Below are positions 36,845-48,900 of a stretch of 64,000 nt of DNA, one piece after another. Origin of the DNA: Stegostoma tigrinum (lineage: Eukaryota); assembly GCF_030684315.1 (NCBI RefSeq), contig NC_081369.1, positions 2,842,689 through 2,906,688 of the forward strand, read 5' to 3'. The position numbers and the translations under genes were made by a program. Numbering within the stretch: the first letter of the stretch is position 1; each line of letters opens with the position of its first letter. The notes beneath the pieces were generated by a model that worked only from the letters and a program-made list of their open reading frames with translations, searched no databases and had not been told where the DNA came from.

Positions 36845-39800
36845 TGTGCGGCCTGAAGTATCTAACGGATCATTTTAAGGTGTGATTGAAATGATTACAA
36901 AAGACGAGTGCACTCATTACATAGCTAATTTATTCGGTTAATTATCCATAGGTACATGAATTAACAGTTGTCATTATAAATTATAGATATATGTTAAAGT
37001 TAAGCAGTTGGGCTAAACGACCCAGATATGTATTTAAGAAGTGATTCTCATACTTCTTTTCGGACTCGGTGGGGACTTTGGAGATATCAGCACTTGGAAC
37101 TCTATCTCAGATACTACGGCGTCGGTCTGACGAACTCCAGCCCAACGGTGAAAGTCTGATGATTGGGGCAAAATCCTCGATACGAATAAAGTTTTCAATC
37201 TCCTGTTGGATGTTTTATCACCATTTCATTCCGTGTGCTCCACAGTGCAAGAAAAAAATTGAAAAAATTCTCCCAGGTGGCTCCTTTATAACTGTACATG
37301 ACTCGGTTTCTCACCCAGCCAAGGCCATGCAGTTAGCCCCCAGCCAAAGAAGGCAGTTTTTACACTAAGCCTGATATTTTCCACTTGTCTTCATTTGCTG
37401 ATTTTCGTGCCCAATTCACTTTTAATGATTAACCTTGAATGGTCTGGTTTAGAGATGTCACTTGTAAGTCCCCACGACACACCATCCATTGATGTCTTCA
37501 ACTTCTTTGAAAACCTTACACAAGCACGTACATGCTGCTCAATAGCTACAAGTTGTTTATACATCTGATATAGTTTACATGCCATTACACAGGTACATAA
37601 AAATGAGAATTAAACAATTAATAACAGTATAAACAGCTGGATATTGTAGCAGTGAGAATACTGCTGAAGCGTTTGTTGACCGCCCGTTAAATATGTCCCA
37701 CGAATGATGCATGGCAAGGGCTTCTGAATTGTCTGTTTTGCGAATCAATTGGTCAGGGCTGATGTCATGACAGTTTCATGCTGTAAGAAGCCATGGTATG
37801 CTGTTGCCAAATGAGAAGTCATCTACTGATGCTTGGCAAGGAAATCCTGCAATTTCTTAAATATCACATTTGAAGCTATGCTACTCAATGCACATTTATC
37901 ACCGTCCATTCTTTGTTTATGTGGAATTTATATCCAATTCATCAGAGATAACATGTACTTTGTCCCTGCATAGCTTTGGCGGATGGTTTCACTGCCTTAA
38001 CATTGAGGTAGACAATATTAGTGCTGGAATCAAATATGTGGCTCAGGCCAAGTTCAGGACGATTGTTTCATGGTTGAAAGGAAGGAACATATAAGGGACA
38101 TACCAGAACTTCTGGCTATTGTGCCCAGTGCGTCTAATTGTTGTTATCCACCCATTTTTCATAAAACACAGGCGTGTGCAGCATGCCACAAAACAGATGA
38201 CTTAGAGTGATAAAATGGCAGCATATTTGCTGCTATGTACAACTTAAAATAAAAATAAATTGTCATTACGTCCTGTGGCATTGTAATTACTCTTTAACAA
38301 ACCAGTCATAAGTACTAAGTTAGTAATGGTGAGGGGAAATAATTCTTTCCAAGACAACAGATGTCTGGATTGCAATACATTGGTCACCACGTCGTTGTGC
38401 TAAAACGGTACAGCGGGAGCAGATTACAATGTATTCAGTTAGCTTCACGAGGGTGTGATACCTTTCCTAAACAGTGCTATGAGCAAACTTCCACACCACG
38501 TCAGTCAAAAACCAATTTGCTAATTCTCTGTGGGCTAATGATTTGGTCCATGCAACAAATAGTTTAATAGCTTCCTTAGTTGAGGTTGCCCAGCTTTAGC
38601 AATTTTATTTTGCAGACTATCAATATCCAAGAAGGTAACACACATTTTTCTGACTCTATTCAACCTAGAATAGTGAGAAGTACACCTCTCCTGCCTCGCC
38701 TCTGTAATGTTAATGGTGTGACTACAGAGCGGCAATGGGAAGTTAATTCATTTCCATTGATTATCTCCACTGTCACAGTCAAAACAATATTTGGTTTGAA
38801 CTTTGGAGCATAGGTGTCATACAACTGCTGCAGTTTGAGAAACTGCATGGCATTTAATAGACCTCGATTGATGGCCCACCATAATAATCCCCAAGATGGT
38901 TTACGCCCCTTTCTCTCAGTTGCATTTTAACACAGCAGCTAATCACCCCGCAAATGAACCACTGCCAGGCAACATCTCCCGTAGGCGCTGTGTCCCAAAG
39001 TCAAAGTAAGAAACCAGTTAAGTGGTGAGATGTTATTAAGTTGTGAAGGATGTGCATCTTCAACAACTCAACATCGCCATAAAGCTTTGGAATATTTCTT
39101 TCGCGGTCTCGGCTTGCACGTCACTGATTTTATTTCTCACTTTGTAAGGAAGCAAACGCTCTCCTCGGCCCATTGTATTCACGGCAAAATAATACTTTGG
39201 CTTGGTTCCTGGATTTTCTTAGGAGTAATTTCCCAGACTCTGTTCCACTGCTGAGTCAAAGTAGCTATGTCTTTGGCTCATGCTTCCTCTGAAGGACCAC
39301 GCAAAATGTCATCAATATAAAGGGCTGTTATATCTCTGGAGAGAGAGAACATCCCCAGATGCTGGCTATGAAACCGTGGCAGAGATTTAGACTATGTTAG
39401 TAGCCCCAACAACCTACAAACTGTGTGCTCGCTGCCCTTCTGTGAGAAAGCAAACTGATTCTGCGAATTCTCATCAAGTGCAATGGAGAATAAAGTATTA
39501 GCTGGGTCACTTACGGCATACAAATCATCAGTTCTCAATGACAGTGAGTCCAGTAATGTTACTATATCTGGGAGAGCTGATGCCAACGGTGGCTCGCGTT
39601 GGTTTAACCTTCAGTCATCGACCGTCATTACCATCTGGTTTCTTTACTGGCCATAGATGTCAGTTATACAGGAAGATATCAGAACTACAACCCTTGCTCT
39701 CGCTGACCCTTCAAAAGTGTCTGTGATCTCCTTATGCCCTCAATGTTTGCTTACCATTAACAATTCGTGCAGGATACGGAACTTATTGGGGTTCCCAATT

Positions 39801-42200
39801 GACTTTCCCAATGACAATTATCATCCCTAATATACCAAAACAGGCTTCCCGATTGGAGTCCATAGTTTTATCCCCCTCACAACCCTCACAAATTCTATCC
39901 CTCCAATATTTTCATTTCCGCTTCCCATTAATACAGATACCATCCGCGGTGGGCTATTCCTCATTGCCAATCGCACCGGTGTCCGCACCGCCCGGGTTTC
40001 CGCTCTCTCAAATCTATTCATAGTTATTTTGGTCCCATTGTCTGGAAGGTATCGAGCAAGACCATAACTTGCCATAAATGTATCCAATGAATTGTGATTC
40101 AGATGTGTGGCCTGCAGAACCATGAGTTAAGTTCCCCTAATGGTCACATCTCAGTGTCCCGGCCACATTCCCAGTCGAGAGGATTACTCACTCTCCACAT
40201 CTGGTCCAATTCCTCTCATGCAGGGTGTAGAAGGAATTCTGATGCACCCTTCTTTTTTTCTGGGAAGTAGCATCTAAATCAAAATTGGGGTCTCACACCA
40301 TGGAAGGGGTTGATGTCTCCTTTGGTCCTTTGCCAGATTTGCAAATCTTCTTCCAGTGGGAACATGTAACACTGATGGTCATACCAAGCATTTTCTCTCT
40401 ATTTCAGGCCTGCCTGTGCCTGTTCTCCACAACACAGCAAACATCTCATTTTGCTGACTTTCTTCATTCGCTTCCCGTACTTCCCTGGGTTTCCCTTGTT
40501 ACCGCTCTCCTGCATGAGCTTGGCGCACTTCTGCATCCACTAACTGTCCAATGAACATTACAAATTAACCATAATAATAAAGTGTGAAGCTGGATGAACA
40601 CAGCAAGGCCAACCAGCATCTCAGGAGCACAAAATCTGGCGTTTAGGGCCTAGACCCTTCATCAGAGAGGGGGATGGTGAGGGTTCTGGAATAAATAGGG
40701 AGAGAGGGGGAGGTGGCCCAAAGATGGAGAGAAAAGAAGATAGGTATCTTGTTTTCTCTCCATCTTCAGTCCGACTCCCCCTCTCTCCCTAGTTATTCCG
40801 GTTCCCTCTCCCCGTCCCTCTCTCTGACGAAGGGTCTAGGCCTGAAACGTCAGCTTTTGTGCTCCTGAGATGCTGCTTGGCCTGCTGTGTTCATCCAACT
40901 TAACACTTTATTGTCTTGGATTCTCCAGCATCTGCAGTTCCCATTGTCTCTATTACAAATTCACCGACTGCTCTGCCCTGAGCTGGCCCCAACATTGCCA
41001 GCAGCATCCCTCTGAGATGTGTTAGTCCAATGTGTATGAGCTGGATTCTCATCCGGGTTGTGAAAGCTTCCTGGTCCATCCGCGGAAATTGTTCGTATAC
41101 AATCCCGTTTGTGTCGCTAACTCGGGAATCGGGCACTTCCCTGTGATATTGTATGCCATGGGACAGCTCCCTGCTCCCAATCCGTGAGAGATCCGGATAC
41201 TTAGTTCTCACTGCTATGCGTATCCAAGCAGCTAATGCTCCAGTTCCTTGTGCTCCATGTCTAGCGTTATGTGTGGCTGTGTATGTAGGCAAGCCTCATT
41301 ATTGAGAGAAACATTAGACGCCACGAGTCCCACAGCCAGGTTAATCCAATCTCCCAGTGTCCTGATTTCTGATGGAATATTTTTCCCCAAATCCTGCAAT
41401 TCTGTCAGTGGGTAATACTGCACAATGAGAGCATGCTGTGGGGGGGAGGGGTGCTGCTGGCCGCGCCCTTTAGCTGTATTAGTTACTAACGGGCGCACTA
41501 AGGGGCACAACATCACCATTAGGGACTCCTTCCTCCTCAGTCTGCTCGTACTCCAAATCGGACGCATATGAGTCCCAGTGATCAGGGACCAGCTGAAGTA
41601 AATCAAAACGGCACTTTAGCTCGATTCACTTTCCAGTTTGTCTTTTCTTTTTCTCTCCCGGCTCGCCCGCTTTTTGTGCTACAACGTGGCAAATTTGCAG
41701 GTTATACAGTTTGACTGTAGTTTCTTTCCAGCCCGGCAGTTAGACACACCATTGTTTTGCCCTTCTCACATTCTGATCACTTAATCTGCGCCATCACCAT
41801 CCTTTCCAATCCAGCACTCCAACACCACCCATCCATCCAGATATCACCAGCTCCGATGAAGCATCGCCTCGGCCGGAAACGTTTGCTTGCTCTCTCTCTC
41901 CATGGAAGCTGCCTGACCCGCTTTGATTCCAAGTACTTTTTGTTTCTGTTGCAGGCTGTACGAGTCTGCTTCTCCTCTACTTTATCTGCTGTTTCCTGAG
42001 CGGTCCAAGCCGCCCTCACCAGCGCAGCATTAACGTCCCGTTCGCCTCCTTTAAATCTCGCACCTCCCGGGACAGCATACAGGAGGCCGCTCAGCAGGAT
42101 GAACCCCATGTGGGTGACGCCCTTGGCTTGCTTTGGGAAACCTACTTCCCCCAGACAGTCCTTCCTGGTGCAGAGTCATCTCTTGGGATTCTGCTCCTAA
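36845..42200 (-). mobile_element. ERV copy 2 (duplicated with the gene unit; 5' LTR missing)
   Basis: RT ALPDIVTLLDSL...ANTLFSIALDENSQNQFAF and YIDD; gag YPLTELQDLGK, HLRGMLLAMLG; env QRRGRR/GVLLTILG...HHSWDIF...VFSLLQYP; 3' LTR at 36845-37479. Confidence 0.85.
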
Positions 42201-43403
42201 TCCGTTTACCAAAACTCAGTGGTCCCTCCATAGCCAACCGGTCACTAACACACGGGACAGATTTTTTAATGAACATGAGTTCCAAAAGGATATTAACGCA
42301 GCTGACCTTCGAATTATAGAAATGGAAAGCATGAAAACAAATCTTTCCTTCCAACTTGTCCATGCCGGGTAGATATCCTACATTCATCTAGTCACATTTG
42401 CTAGCATTTAGTACATATCTCTCCAAGCCCTTTCTATTTATACACCCATCCAGATGTCTTTCAAATGTTGTAATTGCACCAGCCTCTACCACTTCCACTA
42501 GCAGTGCATTCCAGTGCAACACCCTCTGCATGAAAAAGTTGCACCTTGGGTCTCTCTTAAATCTTTCCCCTCTCGCCTTAAACCTATGCCCTCCAGTTTT
42601 GACTCCCTGCCCCTGGGGAAAAGGGCCATGGATAGGTATTCACCCCATCCATGGCCCGCCGATTGTCGAAGCCTCTGTAAGTTCACCCCTCAGCCTCAGA
42701 TGCTCCAGAAAACAAAGGACCAGCCTATTCAGCTTCTCTCCCTCCAGCCCAAATTCTCAAATCCCTGAAAATATCTTTGTAAATCTTTTCTGAGCACTTT
42801 CAAGTTTAACAGCACCATTTCTACAGCAAGGAGACCAGTGTTTCTAAAGTAAACACCATTTCAGGTTTTCAATAAATTCAAATATCACCTTCTGCATTGG
42901 AGGCATAAAGATCCACAAGCCAGGAGCTTACTGCTCTGTGTTGAGAGGCCAGTATATTATAACTCTGTAATTGTCTCCAGTCAACAGTTAGATTTGTTGC
43001 ACATGGAGACAAAAAGTTGTTTAAAATTGTGTCAATTACATTATGCTCCAAAGTGAATCTCGGACAATGTTGACCTATGATCACTGCTATCTGATCTGAA
43101 ATCTTTACAACCAAATATTGCTGGTGTTGGATTTATAAACTATCTTTATTTTGCTTAATTAAAAGACGACCATTCAAATATCATCATCATTGCTGTAACT
43201 TCCCCAAAATCAGATGACTTGCCCTTTTTGTATTCAAGTGCATACAGGAAAACTGACTGTATAAATTGATATGTGAGATTTCATGAACAGTATTAGAATA
43301 CTAAAAAGGTGGTTTCATGAGAAATGAAGCATGTGATATTAAAACTTATATATTTCTGTTTTCCAATACAATCTCTAATTTTAGTTTTATGTCCATCTAA
43401 CAG

Positions 43404-43517
43404 ATTTTGCCTCTAAAAGCAATATTGCTAAGGTTGCTTTATATGCCGCTGGAGCACTTGCAACTCTATTGCGCACAGTGATGAGTGTGAAGTGTCTTCT
43501 CTTCATTACATCTAAAG
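43404..43517 (+). CDS. Gene B, transmembrane exon with charged residues
   Basis: AACAG| ... G|GTACAA; DFASKSNIAKVALYAAGALATLLRTVMSVKCLLFITSK; Lys codon 43430-43432, Arg codon 43472-43474. Confidence 0.7.
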
Positions 43518-44177
43518 GTACAAATAGGAATATATGTACTGAATGAAATAACTTCCGTACAAGTGTTGATTAAACAACCTGAATTGCATTCACTTAATTG
43601 GGTACTGAAATCTGAATTCTCCAGCTAAAATAAATTTCTGATGAGAAACAACTTGCAAAATTACATGTTCATATTCATAGATTTAGTATGCTAAAGCCTA
43701 TCTTTTCAGATCTGTAGGTAGTCTGGTGAATTTGACTGATGAAGTGATACTTCCACAGCTTCAAGACATAACTCAATATGTGCACTTGTGTTGAACATTT
43801 TGAGTTACATTCTGAATCCAGTCGGCCTCTTATACTATGATAACAAAGTGTGGAGCTGGATAAACATAGCAGGCCAAGCAGCATCGCAGGAGCACAAAAG
43901 CTAACGTTTCAGGCCCAGACCTTTCATCAGAAAACCTTTTCTGATGAAGGGTCTAGGCCTGAAACATTAGCTTTTGTGCTTGTAAGATGCTGCTTGGCCT
44001 GCTGTGTTCATCCAGCTCCACACTTTGTTATCTCAGATTCTCCAGCACCTGCAGTTCCAATTATCTCAGCCTCTTATACTATGTTTCTATTTGAATTACA
44101 TGGTAATTTGTTGGCTTACAGATGCGTGCAAACATCATATCTCTCTTGACAATTTATGCTGAATTTATTGTCACCAG

Positions 44178-44221
44178 ATTCAAAGGAATAAATAAGAAAT
44201 CCTACTCAACACAAAGATGAG
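44178..44221 (+). CDS. Gene B, cytoplasmic exon 1 with premature stop (DSKE*)
   Basis: CACCAG| ... GAG|GTAGAG; TAA at 44189-44191 where gene A has GAA. Confidence 0.7.
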
Positions 44222-44334
44222 GTAGAGACTTTTGTCATCAACTTTGCTTTGAAATTCATCTGAATGATTCAGACATTGCAATCAAAATAATATGCTTTAA
44301 TCTATCTGTATGAAGTCAGAACATTTTACTGTTT

Positions 44335-44640
44335 TGACCTACCTTGACTTCATTTTCTCCCCTTTGGTCCAAGCACTTCCCACCTACGTCCAGGACACAA
44401 ACCATGCTCTTTGGAAACTTCCAGTTCCCTGCCCCCACTATTTCATCTTTACCATGGATGTGCATTACCTACGCATATTTATTCCCCACAGGAGGGCCTA
44501 CAGGGCCTCAGTCTTTTCCTCTCCAACAGACCCATTCAGTTCACCCCCACCAATACCCTCTTCCATCTCGTTGAATTAGTTCTCACCCTCAAAAGCTTTG
44601 CCTTCAATTCTTTCCACATTCTCCAAATCCAGAGGTGTTT
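44335..44640 (+). mobile_element. Penelope-like RT fragment
   Basis: LDFIFSPLVQALPTYVQDTNHAL...IFTMDV..L..IPH. Confidence 0.7.
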
Positions 44641-45523
44641 TATGCATCACTTCACTGCTGATCTATGAATGAAAGGAACACCATTGTTTATCCATTAAAT
44701 TATTTCATTGCTCTTTGTATGACCATTAATGCTCCCATTAATATGTTGCCACATGTTTCTATCTGAACAAAAACCTTTAGATAGAAATTAACAATTTGCT
44801 GGAAAATGTTGTATGGCATTTTCTGTACTGTAAAGATTCTATACAATTGGATCGCAAGTTCATCTTCACTAAAAAATCTTCACTGTTCCATTTGTCATCA
44901 ATCAAATGGTGCAATTGAAGTAACTATAGAGATCTAATTATTTCATCAGTATTTAACTCACCAAAAACATTTGCTTTTATCAGTATAATTAACTCATAAC
45001 TTATACATTTCGCAAATAAAAAGAGAGAATGCCAGTTCTAAACTAATTAATACACAAATCAAAAATAGTGTACAAGTTTAGTAATTACATACAGTTTGAA
45101 TCTGTACTTTTATTTCCAAATGGAGAAACATGCATCTAAGTAACTTCAATTATCTTTGTAAAGGGCATACAGAGCAATTCCATTTAGAAAATACACAATA
45201 TGTGCAACTTGTTCCAGATTTCCATATGAGTGTTGAAAATTAATAATGTTGAATGAATGCAGCCATTTTTTGCAGAGGAGACTGAATTTAGCAGGGTTCC
45301 TCTTCTAAGTTTTACCACATTCAACCATGAGGTTATATAGTTTATGAGCAGGGTTGCTTGAGCAAATGACAAAGCTTTCATTTATGTTGAGTGGAGAGAC
45401 GGAGATTGTATATAGAAGTTTTAAGCTATTACTAATGTAACAAAGAGATAGCAAACTGAAGGAGACAAATTTATGGCCAATGGTTACTTAGAAATTAATG
45501 AATGCTAAACCTTAACTTTTCAG

Positions 45524-45634
45524 AGAAAACAAGAAACAGCTGAAGATGGATTAATGTATGCTCATCTTGATCTGGTCCATTCAAAAGATGCTAAAATTCC
45601 TAAACTGCAGGATGAAAGAACAATATATGCCGAG
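45524..45634 (+). pseudogene. Gene B, ITIM exon (LMYAHL, TIYAE); open but downstream of the stop
   Basis: RKQETAEDGLMYAHLDLVHSKDAKIPKLQDERTIYAE; splice sites intact. Confidence 0.72.
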
Positions 45635-45773
45635 GTACCTTCCGGTTCATATGTATGAATAAAGTAACCATTTTCTTAATTGCAATCATTTGGTTTTGAG
45701 ATAACGTTGAATAATTCTTAACTTTTAGTGAAATTTGAAACAATAATTATCTACTTTCACTTTTGTTTTACAG

Positions 45774-45902
45774 ACCAAACATAGCATGAGCAAATGCCAG
45801 CTGACATATGCTGCTCTGAATTTGAACGATCCCAGATTAACAGCAAAGCCAGAACAGACAACCTCAACTCCATTGTACGCAGTGGTGAAAGCCAGCAGCT
45901 AA
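45774..45902 (+). pseudogene. Gene B, last exon (ITIM LTYAAL, PLYAVV); open but downstream of the stop
   Basis: TKHSMSKCQLTYAALNLNDPRLTAKPEQTTSTPLYAVVKASS, stop TAA. Confidence 0.72.
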
Positions 45903-48900
45903 ATTTAATGATACTCAGACTAAAATCAAGTGATATTGGTATTATGGGTGTTTTCTATTGTTTTCTGTCTGGTGCAATCCTTTTTGTGGTCCTGGATTGC
46001 TTTCAAAAAATAGTTGTTAACTTTTCTCTTCACGCCTCATGAACTAACTTCATTTTGCCCTCAAACTTGCTGTACTGTTTGAGATAGCAACTGGCTTCAT
46101 TCTAACTATTAAACTCATCATTCTCTTGAACTCTCCACTATGTTACACATAATAAGCATCATTGTTCTCTAACAGCTTTCTAAAAACTCCAATACCATCG
46201 GGTTATTCTCACCATTTTACTGTTAGTTACATTATGAAAATACTGATATTTTGATTTCTGTTTGTTTTTTGCAGTGTAGGATGGTTCTAACTGTGCCAAA
46301 TACGCATCATTTTTTCATTGCTTTATTCTTTTTAATTTGTTCATGTTTCATTGCATTTTTTTACTTAAGTTTGTTGTTTGATCCACTATAATTCAGACAA
46401 TAGTTCTGATTTTATTAGTCCTATGTCATTCCATTTTAACCATGTTCTGTAAAAGTATTTACGCCTTTCGTTTTCCTTTTGTGAAGCTAAGTAGGCCCAA
46501 GTGATAATTGGCTACAATACTTTGTTTTAATTTGTTCATTGGATGCACTTTCATTGGCTGGGCCAGCATTAATCATCCATTCCTAATTGCGCTTTAACTG
46601 AGTGGGTTACGAGGACAGTTCAGAGAGCCATTAAGAGTTGACCAAATGACTTTGGGTCTTGAATCACATTCAGGTCAGAGCTAGTAAGGACAGCACATTT
46701 CCTTCTGTAATGGGTATTAATGATCCCTTTTTTTTACAGAAGTCATGAGTGATACATTCTCACAATAAAACTAGCTTTCAATTCCAAATTCACACATTGC
46801 GTTTCGCTTCTACGATGGGGGCTTCACGTTGGTTTCACAGGTCGGCACAATATCCAGGGCCGAAGGGCCTCTACTGCACTGTAATGTTCTATGTTCTCTG
46901 TTCAATGGAGGAATTTTAATTCATGTTCTCAGAAAATTAGTCTGGGCCACTGAATTACCAGACCATTGACATAACCATAACGCTAACGCCTCCTTCCTGC
47001 TCAAACATGACTCTTCAAGTGCAGATATCAATAGAAATTCTCAATCCATCCAATATTTATACCAATGTTTCAACCTCAATATCCCACCTTTTCAATAAAG
47101 TGCATTCCTGCAAAACTATTTGCAGCATCTCAGAAATTTGCACCTTGACAAGCCAAGAACATTTAATGCTCATAATCTTCATTCTCTTTTTGCATTTCTG
47201 GAGTCCAGCAGTTACTCCAGTTTCATTTGACCATAAAACATAACTTGAGGAATGATCTGTTGATTGTTTCACAGCAAACAAAGCTAATATCAAGCTTTAT
47301 ATTATTTGGGTAAATTGGTCTGGTATTTGTTTCCGCTCAAGTTATTCTTCATTCAGTGCTACCCTTTTCCTGCTGGATTTACATGTATAATGTTTAGTGT
47401 GAGCTTGAGTTACTGTTTTTTTGTTACTAACTTGCTTCACCCCACTACTTCACCCCCCTACTGCTCTTTCTGATGTTGATAATTAGCCTGGAAGTATTTT
47501 GCTAGCAGGCAATTGGTTTTCTAAAACAATTTGCAAAGCAGGACTCTGAGGGGTTTGGTTTCTGTGCACTCATAGACTTTTGTTTGCCACAGATTCCTTG
47601 CAAACTAACAAGGTTAATAATGGGGTAGAGAGTTGTGAAAGTTGGTTTGCTTAACAGTCAGGGACATGTAACATTGCTGAGAGAGAGAGCCTTTGAGTTG
47701 TGAAGTTCTTGGGAAAGGATGGAAATATTGTGAAATGTTCATCAGCAGGGACTGATAGATGTAGTGAATTAGCTTACCTAGAAGTGTAGAGTTTTTGTTT
47801 GTCCAGAAGCAGAAGTATTGGGATAACCAAAAAAATTCAACTTGCATTAATTCTGAGAAGCTCAGGTATGAATTAGCTTGGGGAAGAAGCGATCATTGCT
47901 CCAGTCGAAAATTTGTTGTGTCAATTAGCATAAACCTACCATCATAATATTGTGTGAAATCTGTATTGAGGACTGCACTGGCATTATGTTTTTGATACTA
48001 ATTAAAAGCAAATTCCTTTCTTATCAATTTATTGAGGGATGTTTTGTGATTAATGGGATTATACATTTTACTGTGTGTTTATAGCCTTTGAATTTGTGTG
48101 GAAGTTTAAAGTCTTGTTTATTCTATTTTAACATTGCTCTTTTGTAATGCATTTGCTTTGTTGAGAAAGCAAAATCTACAGTATCATGAGCTTTTGTTTA
48201 CATGAGATGACACTGTTCAAACCAAACAAATAAAATGATGATCTATCAACTCGACCCTGAAGTGGTTTCTGATTCATTGAGTTAAAAAAATTCAGCTGGG
48301 AACATCACAACTACTATAGCAAATTGCAATCTCAGCATACACATCGTGCACACTCAATCTACACCAGTTATCACATCTCGCAGTTTGGCATTGATGACAG
48401 TTTTCATTGTCACATCTGCTTCCAATCTCAATAATATCAAGTTCTTCAGTATTCTAGACTCTGTACTCTTAACTAGCTGATAGGCATAGCCTGACTGTTC
48501 AGTTATTTACTTTTGCAGATATAATTTCACAAATTTAGTTTCTGATAATACATTGTTTAACTTTTAAAACATCAGCAATGTTTTACCTGTGCTCTGTGTT
48601 AAGATTTTGTTGTTTTTTTCTTTAAAAATGACTTTTGATGTCTCTGTAAAAGAAAAAATATAATGTGATATTGATAGAAGTCAAATGAGTGAAATGAGTG
48701 GTTTGATTTAGAAGCAATCATGTTGGCATACATCTGAATAAGACTTAAAACACAGAAATTAATGCTTTTGAAAAGCAACGGTATAATTAATGTAACTTGC
48801 CCATGATATGCAACTTAAAGGGTTACACCTCAACCAGAATTTCGTGAAACATTATTTTTTTCTGGGCCATATTACATAGCATATTGCACCAACCTAAGCA

